In this document: piece after piece, positions 44,994-52,954 of the stretch
How positions within the stretch are numbered: position 1 is the first letter of the stretch
Layout: each line of letters starts with the position of its first letter
Assembly: GCA_049970775.1 (NCBI GenBank)
Contig: JBMFMH010000001.1
Coordinates: 7,118 to 60,071, forward strand
From: a bacterium
GTDB lineage: Bacteria; Armatimonadota; JACIXR01
Length of the DNA: 52,954 nucleotides
Direction of reading: 5' to 3'
Translations under genes and position numbers: made by a program
The notes under the pieces: model-generated
The model's input: the letters and a program-made list of their open reading frames with translations, nothing else
Database searches by the model: none
What the model was told of the DNA's origin: nothing

Positions 44994-45709
44994 TTAGCCT
45001 CTCCTCTTTTCTCCATTATAGCGGTTGCTTGTGGACAAGACAAGTCTATATACAATAGGCGGTTTTCTATATTTGGTATTCTGTTCCAAAGCGTTTTCAG
45101 GATGTATACCTTTTGGAACAATTTCTCTGGTCTACCGAAAATAACCCTTAGCCCATTCTGCGTTTCAATTTCCATCTCACCGTTTCGGGAAAGAGAGATT
45201 GCTTTTAAGACTATGGGTGTGCCCTCCAGCTCTTTCAAAAGCTCCTTCGTTGCTTTCACCCATTTCTCCGGGAGTTTATTCATATTTTTCAAATCTGTTT
45301 TTCTAATGATGAGGATGGGAAGATTGTAGATTGAGGAAGATTGCTCAATGATAACTCCTTCATCATCAACGAGAAAGTAAGAGTTTTCCTCAAAGGAAGC
45401 GAGAAGGAAAGGAACCCTTTCTCTCACAAACAGGACGAGACGATATGGGGGGAGTTTGTAAGCTACTATTTTCTTAATCCATCTTATTTCGGAGGTGAGA
45501 TGGGAAAAAGCTTCCGAGTTAAGCCGATAAAGAGGCTTGTCTATGAGAGAGGATATATAAGGTGAAAGTTCTTCTAGCGAAACCTTTTGGTTTCCTACTA
45601 CAGTGATTTCCTTAACCTGGAAAAGGAAGCGAGGCAAAAGGAGCCAAAGTAGAAGATAGCTGGCGATAAATATTAAATAAACCTTATATAAAGAATTTCT
45701 TTCTTTCAT
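44990..45709 (-). CDS. ftsQ: cell division protein FtsQ/DivIB
   Basis: 239 aa. N-terminal TM followed by a POTRA-like region (VKEITVVGNQKVSLEEL). Synteny ddl-ftsQ-ftsA. Confidence 0.85.
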   Translation of the reverse strand: MKERNSLYKVYLIFIASYLLLWLLLPRFLFQVKEITVVGNQKVSLEELSPYISSLIDKPLYRLNSEAFSHLTSEIRWIKKIVAYKLPPYRLVLFVRERVPFLLASFEENSYFLVDDEGVIIEQSSSIYNLPILIIRKTDLKNMNKLPEKWVKATKELLKELEGTPIVLKAISLSRNGEMEIETQNGLRVIFGRPEKLFQKVYILKTLWNRIPNIENRLLYIDLSCPQATAIMEKRGEAK

Positions 45710-46638
45710 AATTTTGCCTTGAGTGAATTCTGGATGATGATATCAATCAATTGGGGGAAGGAAATTCCCGCGGCTTTTGCTGAAAGGGGCAAAAGGCTTA
45801 GGGGGGTTAAGCCCGGGATAGTGTTCACCTCTAATACGAAGGGCTCGTTTCTCTCGTTCAACCTGATGTCAACTCTTGCGAAGTTTCTGCAACCAATAGC
45901 CTTATATGCGGATAAGGCGATTTCCTTTACCTTTTTCTCCACCTCCATTGGTAAAGGAGCGGGCACGATTTCCTCTGTTGCGCCCTCTGTGTACTTATGG
46001 TAATAGTCGTAAAATTGTCCTTTCGGGACGATTTCCACTACTGGCAAGGCTTGAGCCTGCCCTTCAATCTCCAGAATGGGAACGGAGATTTCCCTCCCAC
46101 GAATGAAATCCTCAGCTATTACCACGGGGTCATATTGAAATGCTTTCTCAAGGGCTTTGGGCAATTCTTCCTCTCGTTCAACAATCGTAACCCCTATTGA
46201 GGAACCTTGCGATTGGGGTTTTACGACTACGGGAAAGTTCAAGGATGGGAGAGGCTTATCCTTTTCTAATACTTTCCAAGGAGGTGTTGGAATGTTGAGG
46301 GAAGCAAATAATTGTTTTGACTTAAGCTTGTCCATTGCTAACGCGGAGGCTAACACATCGGAGCCTGTATAGGGGATTCCAAGTGTCTCAAGAAACCCTT
46401 GAATTGTCCCATCTTCGCCTAATTTTCCATGAAGGGCTATGAAAACAACATCCGCTTTCTTCAACTTGCGAATAAAAGAAGCGAGTTTTCCTTCCTCAAG
46501 AATCTCTCTTGGGTCAAGATGAAATGGTATGTATTTATCCCGAGGGCAATGTTTTATGACCATTTGCCCGCTTAAGAGGGAAATTTCCCTTTCTGAGGAA
46601 ATTCCTCCTGCGAGAACCGCAACTCTAAGCTTGCCCAT
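45706..46638 (-). CDS. ddl: D-alanine--D-alanine ligase
   Basis: GGISSEREISLLSG, HGKLGEDGTIQG, EVNTIPGLT. 310 aa. Confidence 0.95.
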   Translation of the reverse strand: MGKLRVAVLAGGISSEREISLLSGQMVIKHCPRDKYIPFHLDPREILEEGKLASFIRKLKKADVVFIALHGKLGEDGTIQGFLETLGIPYTGSDVLASALAMDKLKSKQLFASLNIPTPPWKVLEKDKPLPSLNFPVVVKPQSQGSSIGVTIVEREEELPKALEKAFQYDPVVIAEDFIRGREISVPILEIEGQAQALPVVEIVPKGQFYDYYHKYTEGATEEIVPAPLPMEVEKKVKEIALSAYKAIGCRNFARVDIRLNERNEPFVLEVNTIPGLTPLSLLPLSAKAAGISFPQLIDIIIQNSLKAKL

Positions 46639-46650
46639 ATCCTTACCTCC

Positions 46651-47541
46651 TCAGGGGAATTCTCCCCATAATTCAATTTCTAATTCAAGCTCTATGCCGA
46701 ACTTTTCTCTTACGAGTTCCTTGCATTTCTTTATAAGGAAGTATACATCGTTAGCGGTAGCATTGCCACGGTTTATGATGAAATTAGCGTGTTTGTGAGA
46801 GATATAAGCATCACCGTATCGCATTCCTTTAGCTCCTGCTTTTTCCAACAGCTCCCCAGCGGTTGTTCCGGGAGGATTTTTGAAAATACAGCCAGCGCTA
46901 TGAGCCCTGGTTGGTTGGCTTAGCTTCCTTCTCCGCAAAATCTCTTCTATGTTCTTTCTGATATCTGAGGGAGGCGAGGGAGTTAAATTGAAAACCGCTT
47001 CCAAAACGAGGAAGTCCTTAAGGGAGGTTTGCCGATAGGAGAAAACTATGTCTTGTTTGCTCAGCCAGAATACTTGTCCTTTTTGAAAGACCCTAACGGA
47101 TTGCACTGCCTCTCCAATAGTGAAGAAGGGGATGCCAGCGTTCATCTTGATTGCGCCTCCCACTGTTCCCGGGATGCCAGCGAGCTTCTCAAGCCCGGAT
47201 AATCCGAGCTTAGTTAAGGTGTTTAAAACACTGGGCAAGGGGGTGCCGGCTAATATGCTTTTTTTCTTCGGGTCAATTCCTTTAAGGTGTCCACCCAATT
47301 TGATTACCACTCCCTTTAATCCTTTATCAGAAACAAGGATATTCGTCCCGTTTCCGAGGAAGTAATAAGGAATGTTCTCTGCTTCAAGAATTGAAGTAAG
47401 CTGTAAGATGTCTTCTTCGCTGTGAGGTAGGAAAAGAGCTTCCGCCTTTCCGCCAATGCGGAAGGATGTATGATTTGCCATTGGCTCATCGAAAATGAAG
47501 GTTCCTTTAACGCTTTTTTCTATTAGTCTTAACCTTTTCAT
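46651..47541 (-). CDS. murB: UDP-N-acetylenolpyruvoylglucosamine reductase
   Basis: HTSFRIGG, LGNGTNILV and AGCIFKNP motifs. ATG 47541 (MKRLRLIEK...) gives the typical size of about 296 aa. The tracked start at 47694 runs 188 nt into murC. Confidence 0.92.
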   Translation of the reverse strand: MKRLRLIEKSVKGTFIFDEPMANHTSFRIGGKAEALFLPHSEEDILQLTSILEAENIPYYFLGNGTNILVSDKGLKGVVIKLGGHLKGIDPKKKSILAGTPLPSVLNTLTKLGLSGLEKLAGIPGTVGGAIKMNAGIPFFTIGEAVQSVRVFQKGQVFWLSKQDIVFSYRQTSLKDFLVLEAVFNLTPSPPSDIRKNIEEILRRRKLSQPTRAHSAGCIFKNPPGTTAGELLEKAGAKGMRYGDAYISHKHANFIINRGNATANDVYFLIKKCKELVREKFGIELELEIELWGEFP

Positions 47542-48886
47542 CTCTTGCCTTTTCAAGAAGTTGGTAAGCGCAGCGGTCAATATTTCCTGCGCCCAATGTA
47601 AGGATGATATCCCCAGGAGCGGAGAGCTTGAAGAGGCAATCGGGGATATCGTTGAGGTTTTCCAGATATAGGGCATTTTTCCCAAGGCTTTCAAGAGAGG
47701 ATAATATCAGATGGCTTGAGACATTTTCAATCGGTTCTTCTCCCGCGGGATAGATGCTCGTTAAAATCAACACATCCGCTTCGCAAAGAGCGGAAGCGAG
47801 CTCCTTATGAAGGAGGTGTGTTCTCGTGTATCTATGTGGTTGGAAAGCACAAACTATTCTCCTTTGAGGGAAAGCCTCCTTCAAAGTTCTGAGAGTAGCG
47901 GATATCTCCGTTGGGTGGTGGGCATAATCATCGTAAACGAGTATGTCATCGTATGAGCCTATCCTCTCCAATCTTCTATGCACCCCCCTCAAGCTTTCAA
48001 GGGAGCTTTTGATATCGTCAAGGTCAATCCCAAGAATTAATCCAACGGAAGTAGCGGCAAGGGCGTTGTATACATTTTGCCTTCCCAAAAGTTGAAGGTT
48101 AAGCTGAAGAATCTCTTGTTCCCCTTTATTCACTCTGCAAGAAGTTCCATTTTCGCTTACCTTTATTTCATCAGCCCAGAGATGCGCTTCCGGGGAAAGA
48201 CCGTAATAAATGGTTGGACGAGGAAATTTAAGCCCCTTTATATAAGGGTCATCATAACAAGCGACTATATAGCCATCCTCCTTTACCTGGTAAGAAAATT
48301 TTGAAAACGCCGAGACGAGCTCCTCCATAGAGCCATAATAGTCAAGATGGTCTGAATCAATATTGGTAATCACCGCTATCCATGGCGTGAGGAATAAGAA
48401 TGAGCCATCGCTTTCATCTGCCTCCGCAACGAAGAAATCGCTTCTACCCAACTTCGCATTTCCCCCAATGTCGTGAACCTCACCTCCGATTATTATCGTG
48501 GGGTCTAAGCCATTCCTCTCCAGCATTAAAGAAACGAGGGAAGATGTAGTGGTCTTTCCATGTGTTCCTGCTATCACAATCCCTTTCTTATCTCTCATCA
48601 GCTGGGCGAGAAGTTCGCCCCTCTTTATCGTGGGTATTCCTCTTTTTCTCGCCTCCACCAGCTCAGCATTCCCAGGGGCTATTGCGGAAGAGTAGACAAC
48701 GAGTTCCGCATCGTGGACATTATCTGGTGAATGCTGAGTATAAATTTTGGCTCCCCAGGAACGCAGGCGTCTAATGGCTTCGTTTTCCGAGATATCTGAG
48801 CCTGATACCTCATTTCCACTTGCTAAGCAGATGGTGGCTAAGGCGCTCATTCCTGCCCCTCCAATGCCGATGAAGTGTATCTTCAT
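47507..48886 (-). CDS. murC: UDP-N-acetylmuramate--L-alanine ligase
   Basis: HFIGIGGAGMSALA and GTHGKTTTSS. 459 aa. Confidence 0.96.
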   Translation of the reverse strand: MKIHFIGIGGAGMSALATICLASGNEVSGSDISENEAIRRLRSWGAKIYTQHSPDNVHDAELVVYSSAIAPGNAELVEARKRGIPTIKRGELLAQLMRDKKGIVIAGTHGKTTTSSLVSLMLERNGLDPTIIIGGEVHDIGGNAKLGRSDFFVAEADESDGSFLFLTPWIAVITNIDSDHLDYYGSMEELVSAFSKFSYQVKEDGYIVACYDDPYIKGLKFPRPTIYYGLSPEAHLWADEIKVSENGTSCRVNKGEQEILQLNLQLLGRQNVYNALAATSVGLILGIDLDDIKSSLESLRGVHRRLERIGSYDDILVYDDYAHHPTEISATLRTLKEAFPQRRIVCAFQPHRYTRTHLLHKELASALCEADVLILTSIYPAGEEPIENVSSHLILSSLESLGKNALYLENLNDIPDCLFKLSAPGDIILTLGAGNIDRCAYQLLEKARDEKVKTNRKKR

Positions 48887-49965
48887 CTTTCAATCACCTC
48901 CTTTATTTCCTTTACTGCCTCTTCAGCTGCTCTCGGTCTAGCCAAGGAGAAGGCAGCAACTGCCATACTTTTCAATTTCTCAGGGCAAGAGAAAAGAGAC
49001 TCTATTTTCTTATACAGAACCAATGGTTCCTTCAATTCTTCATCTTTTATCACGAGGCTTGCTCCCATTTTTTGAAAGAATAGAGCGTTCAGCAATTGAT
49101 GCTGGGAAACGGCGTAAGGATAGGGGATGAGGATGGAAGGTAGGGCGAAGAAGGCAATCTCCGCTAAAGTGGATGCCCCCGCCCGGGAAACGCAAAGGTC
49201 GGCTGCTGAATAAACGAGGTGCATTTCATCCGTAAAGGGAAGAAGGACATAGCCTTTATAAAGGTCTTTCATTTCTTTTAAGGTTTCAAAATGTTTTAAG
49301 CCACAGATATGTATCACCTGAAAACCGCTTTCAAGCAATTTGGGGAGGATTTCTGATATCGCTATATTTATGGAGAGCGCACCCCTACTGCCTCCGAGAA
49401 CAAGAATGGTGAACCTGTCTGGAGAAAGGGAAAGCTTTTCTTTAGCCTCTATTTTTTCTATTTTTTTAAGGGAGGAACGCAAAGGGAGTCCCACCAATCT
49501 TGTGCGGGATGGCGGGAAGAACCTTCGTGTGTCAGGAAAGGTGATTAAAATCTTGCAAGCTAAGCTTCCGAGCAAGGCATTAACTCTTCCGGGGACGATG
49601 TTTTGTTCATGGATTATAAAGGGGATTTTCAAAAGGATGGCGGAAATTAGTGTTGGGAGAGTGGGATAACCTCCCATCCCCAATATAACATTGGGACGAT
49701 TTTTCAGGAGAAAAGAATAGGCAGAGATTAAGCTGATAAAGTAAGTGAGAAGGGATTGGCAAAACCTTTTAGCTGAGGAGAATCTAAGCGGTGTTATAGG
49801 GAGGCTCTTAAGAGGGAAGCGAGGCGCGATTAGAGATTTTTCCATATCCTGCCCGCCGATGAAGGAAACCGCTACATCGCCTTCCCTTTTGAGAAGTTCA
49901 GCGATGGCAAGAGCAGGGAAGATATGTCCTCCTGTGCCTCCCGTGGAAATCAAAACTTTCTTCAT
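48883..49965 (-). CDS. murG: undecaprenyl-PP-MurNAc-pentapeptide GlcNAc transferase
   Basis: GGTGGHIFPALA N-terminal motif. 360 aa, with 4-nt overlaps on both sides. Confidence 0.95.
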   Translation of the reverse strand: MKKVLISTGGTGGHIFPALAIAELLKREGDVAVSFIGGQDMEKSLIAPRFPLKSLPITPLRFSSAKRFCQSLLTYFISLISAYSFLLKNRPNVILGMGGYPTLPTLISAILLKIPFIIHEQNIVPGRVNALLGSLACKILITFPDTRRFFPPSRTRLVGLPLRSSLKKIEKIEAKEKLSLSPDRFTILVLGGSRGALSINIAISEILPKLLESGFQVIHICGLKHFETLKEMKDLYKGYVLLPFTDEMHLVYSAADLCVSRAGASTLAEIAFFALPSILIPYPYAVSQHQLLNALFFQKMGASLVIKDEELKEPLVLYKKIESLFSCPEKLKSMAVAAFSLARPRAAEEAVKEIKEVIER

Positions 49966-51032
49966 TGGGCTCCCTTTGTCCTCGCTATATTACTAATAAT
50001 TCCAGCGGTGAGGAAGGAGCTGAGGAGAGAGGAGCCACCGTGGGTGAAGAATGGGAGTGGGATACCGGTGACGGGGATGAATTTGAGACAAACCATAGAG
50101 AGATTTATCATAGATTGGATAAAAAGCAAGCAGGTTAATCCTCCTGCTATGAGAGAAGCACGTGGGGAAGGGGCTGATAAGCAAATAGAAAAGCCGGAAA
50201 GCAATAGGAGGAGAAAAGGAAGGAAGAACAATATAAGAGTGAGGGCGAAGCCGAGTTCCTCCGCCACCACGGCGAACAAGAAGTCGGAATGCGCCTCCGG
50301 AAGGAATCCAAGCTTCATAACGCTGTTACCAAAGCCTTTGCCGAAGGGACCGCCCGAGCCAATGGCAATTAAAGCTTGTCTTTTTTGATAGCCTCCCGCT
50401 AAAGGGTCGTTTTCATAAGCTGATGTGAGCCTTCTCAGCCGGTATTCCTCCAAAGGCAGGAGAAGGGCTAAGATAAGAAGGGATAAAAAGAATGCCCCGA
50501 GGAGATGGGTGAGCCGTATCCCAGAGAGCCAGAACATAGACCCTGCTGTGAGGAGGAGAACAACACAGGCGCCAAAATGTGGTTGGCGGATGAGAATGAG
50601 AACAGGGGGAACGAGGAACAAGAAGGGAAGTAAGGTTGTTTTCCAGAAGGTTTTCTCTTTCCTTGCTTTCGTCAATATAGAAGCAAGGAAAATAACGATG
50701 CCTATTTTGGCGAACTCGTAAGGTTGGAAGGAAAGTGGACCTAAGTAAATCCACCTTTTATGTCCCCAAAATATTGGGAGGGCTAAGAGACCAAGGGAGA
50801 AAAAATAAAGGAAAACATCCATACGAACCCACTTCTCATAGTGAACGCGAGAGAAAACATAGAAAAGAACGATGCCTCCAAGGAGAAATAAAAATTGAGT
50901 GAAGGCACCTGAACTTGTATGATACCACTCGGCGCTAACGACAAAAGGTGTTCCTATAAGCCCCAAGGCTAAGACCGCTATATTAAAATATAACCCGGGT
51001 TTAGCACTCAATTGTTTCAACAGATACCCCAT
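49962..51032 (-). CDS. ftsW: SEDS-family peptidoglycan glycosyltransferase FtsW
   Basis: Polytopic membrane protein with the LPEAHSDFLFAVV SEDS motif. Lies between murD and murG. Confidence 0.9.
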   Translation of the reverse strand: MGYLLKQLSAKPGLYFNIAVLALGLIGTPFVVSAEWYHTSSGAFTQFLFLLGGIVLFYVFSRVHYEKWVRMDVFLYFFSLGLLALPIFWGHKRWIYLGPLSFQPYEFAKIGIVIFLASILTKARKEKTFWKTTLLPFLFLVPPVLILIRQPHFGACVVLLLTAGSMFWLSGIRLTHLLGAFFLSLLILALLLPLEEYRLRRLTSAYENDPLAGGYQKRQALIAIGSGGPFGKGFGNSVMKLGFLPEAHSDFLFAVVAEELGFALTLILFFLPFLLLLLSGFSICLSAPSPRASLIAGGLTCLLFIQSMINLSMVCLKFIPVTGIPLPFFTHGGSSLLSSFLTAGIISNIARTKGAQ

Positions 51033-52385
51033 TTATATCCCCTCCTTTAATAAAGTGGAGAATATTTCTTTAAATTTCCTGCCTCTTTCTTCAAAGTTTG
51101 CGAACATATCGAAACTGGAGCAGGCTGGGGAGAAGAGCACAACATCACCCTCGGAGGCAATTTTTACCGCCTGCTTTACCGCTTCCTCAAGGTTAGGAAT
51201 GCTATAAATATTCCTTACGCCTACTTTCTCCGCTATTTCCGCCAGATTTTTTCTTCCCTCGCCTATCAAAATCAACGCCTTTAATTTTGAGACATTTTCC
51301 TTAAATAAACTTTCGTAATCAGCATTTTCCTTGATTTTACCTCCCGCTATGAGAATGATGGGGGAGGAAAAGGAGGAAAGGGCTTTAGAGGTTGCGTGAG
51401 GATTTGTAGCCTTTGAGTCGTTAATGAAAAGGGCTCCCTTTAATGTGCCTATCCTTTCCATCCTGTGTTCAAGAGGTTGGAAAGTTGAGAGAGCAGAAGA
51501 AATGGTTTGGGGATTGATGTCGGAAAGATAGGAAGCTAGGGAAGCGCATAACATATTTTGCACATTATGTCTGCCTTCCAAGTGAGTGGTTGGAAGGGGG
51601 AAAGATAGCCTTTCCTTTTTCGTTTTAATGTGGATGTTTTCACCATCGAAGTAGATTCCCTCCTCTTCTAAGGGGAAAAGTGAAAAGAAGAGGGTAGTGG
51701 AGGGGACGAGGTGGGCAAGCCTATGGATGGTTGGGTCATCACGATTAAGAATCGCGAAATCGGTCTCTTTTTGGTTTTCAAAAAGACGCATTTTCGTTAA
51801 GGCATATTCCTCCAAGGAGTTATATCTTTCGAGATGGTCAGCCGAGATATTCAAAAGTATGCCTATGTGGGGACGAAATTCTTCTATCCACTCCAGCTGG
51901 AAGCTTGATACCTCTAAAACGACGATATCCTCTGGAGTGGTTGAGGGTGCGATGCTTATGAATGGTATGCCGATATTTCCCGCCAGTATCGCTTTTTTCC
52001 CTCCCGCTTGCAGAATATGGGCTATGAGGGAGACGGTTGTGCTTTTCCCATCAGTTCCCGTTACAGCGATAATGGGAGCTTTGCATAATCTGTAAGCTAT
52101 TTCTATCTCGCTTCGTATGGGAATGTTAAGAGCTAAAGCACGGGATACGAATGGCTCTGTCCTGGGGACGCCCGGACTGATTACGATTAAATCCGCTTCC
52201 TCAGCACCCGAATAGTTAGGGTCTCCCAGATGAAATTTCAGGGGCAAGCCTTGGAGTTGGGGTGGAATGGGAAGCTCCTTGCTATCAAATACTGTAACCT
52301 CGTTTTGATGGGCGAGAACCTCAGCGGTTGCTATCCCCGTTTTCCCCATCCCTATGACGCTTATTTTCTTCCCCTTCAACATCAT
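51033..52385 (-). CDS. murD: UDP-N-acetylmuramoylalanine--D-glutamate ligase
   Basis: VIGMGKTG and GTDGKSTT motifs. ATG 52385 forms an ATGA overlap with the mraY stop. The tracked 52469 start is an extension into mraY. Confidence 0.94.
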   Translation of the reverse strand: MMLKGKKISVIGMGKTGIATAEVLAHQNEVTVFDSKELPIPPQLQGLPLKFHLGDPNYSGAEEADLIVISPGVPRTEPFVSRALALNIPIRSEIEIAYRLCKAPIIAVTGTDGKSTTVSLIAHILQAGGKKAILAGNIGIPFISIAPSTTPEDIVVLEVSSFQLEWIEEFRPHIGILLNISADHLERYNSLEEYALTKMRLFENQKETDFAILNRDDPTIHRLAHLVPSTTLFFSLFPLEEEGIYFDGENIHIKTKKERLSFPLPTTHLEGRHNVQNMLCASLASYLSDINPQTISSALSTFQPLEHRMERIGTLKGALFINDSKATNPHATSKALSSFSSPIILIAGGKIKENADYESLFKENVSKLKALILIGEGRKNLAEIAEKVGVRNIYSIPNLEEAVKQAVKIASEGDVVLFSPACSSFDMFANFEERGRKFKEIFSTLLKEGI

Positions 52386-52954
52386 CTCATCACCGCCAAT
52401 AGGGAGGCAAGGAGCACCATAAATATTGTTACCAGCCAAAATCTCGTGGTTATAAGTGGCTCCTCCCAACCGCTTAACTCAAAATGGTGATGAATAGGGG
52501 TCATCTTGAAGACCCTTTTACCGGTTGTCTTAAAGGAAACGACTTGAATTATAACGGAAATTGCTTCCGCAAGGAAAACGAGAGACATAATTATGAAGAT
52601 TATTTCTTCTTTAAGAAGAATGGCTGAGAAGGCGAGGGAGCCGCCCAGGGCAAGCGAACCAGTGTCGCCCATAATTATCTTAGCAGGGTAGAGATTAAGC
52701 CAAAGAAAGCCCAGACAGGCACCGCCTATTGAAGCTAAAAATATCCCTTTTTCTTGTTCCATTAGGGAGAGAGCAACAAAAGCCATCCCTCCCGCTACAG
52801 CTGCCGAGCAACCACCAGCCAATCCATCCAGACCATCCGTGAGGTTAAAGGCATTTGAATAACCTACTATTAAAAGAAGAGCGAAAGCCGGATAGAAGTA
52901 GCCGAGGTCAAAATATATTACCCGTCCTGGGATATGGATTTTACAGTCAAGCTC
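52382..52954 (-). CDS. mraY: phospho-N-acetylmuramoyl-pentapeptide transferase (5' end lies beyond the window)
   Basis: The frame stays open to the window edge. I translated 52823-52954 and obtained ...NAFNLTDGLDGLAGG. Downstream motifs MGDTGSLALGG and PIHHHFE are present. Confidence 0.95.
   Translation of the reverse strand, partial: ELDCKIHIPGRVIYFDLGYFYPAFALLLIVGYSNAFNLTDGLDGLAGGCSAAVAGGMAFVALSLMEQEKGIFLASIGGACLGFLWLNLYPAKIIMGDTGSLALGGSLAFSAILLKEEIIFIIMSLVFLAEAISVIIQVVSFKTTGKRVFKMTPIHHHFELSGWEEPLITTRFWLVTIFMVLLASLLAVMR

Noticed and set aside
47542-47694. N-terminal extension of murB (a similar case is 52386-52469 for murD)
   Set aside because: Both extensions run into the upstream genes, murC and mraY. 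Internal ATGs give proteins of canonical length and canonical N-termini.
1-52954. Scan for CRISPR arrays, tRNA/rRNA genes, IS elements, integrases, prophage or toxin-antitoxin/defence genes
   Set aside because: Intergenic space is too small for structured RNA genes. The largest gap is 177 nt and most are under 60 nt. I saw no spaced direct repeats. No ORF carries transposase, integrase, nuclease-NTPase or TA hallmarks that I could recognise. A by-eye scan cannot exclude short or diverged repeats.

Overview
This is a compact bacterial chromosomal window of about 52 genes. Almost no intergenic space exceeds 60 nt, apart from 177 nt at 33289-33465. I found no rRNA, tRNA, CRISPR array, integrase, transposase or recognisable defence gene. 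Left half, + strand: a URO-D-like gene, then recG-rsmD-coaD, pta-ackA, and a complete lipid block (yceD-rpmF-plsX-fabH-fabK-fabD-fabG-acpP-fabF). A 5.3-kb glycoside-hydrolase cassette follows, then rnc, and a cofactor block (panB-panC, nadC, bioY-birA) with two oxidoreductases. Gene orientation flips at about 27.3 kb. Right half, mostly - strand: an MFS / GH29 fucosidase / 1007-aa glycosidase-like operon, a short + strand island holding an orphan response regulator, and a full division/cell-wall cluster (mraY-murD-ftsW-murG-murC-murB-ddl-ftsQ-DUF881-sbp-ftsA-ftsZ). That cluster runs without a break into a four-gene unit: a 1668-aa secreted multidomain protein, two paralogous secreted proteins and a DUF62 SAM hydrolase. 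Coding strands are visibly purine-rich and the proteins are rich in Glu/Lys/Arg. Many junctions are 4-nt ATGA/GTGA overlaps, and TTG/GTG starts are common. This suggests a thermophile with Firmicutes- or Armatimonadota-like organisation, but that is inference only. No canonical novel-system signature is present. The best candidates for undescribed biology are: (i) the operon fused to the end of ftsZ; (ii) an untracked 38-codon zinc-ribbon micro-ORF fused to acpP; (iii) the response regulator plus a 55-codon membrane micro-ORF; (iv) the GH cassette between fabF and rnc, where rnc lacks a canonical start for its conserved N-terminus. All family calls rest on motifs read by eye and recalled family knowledge. 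No searches were run.
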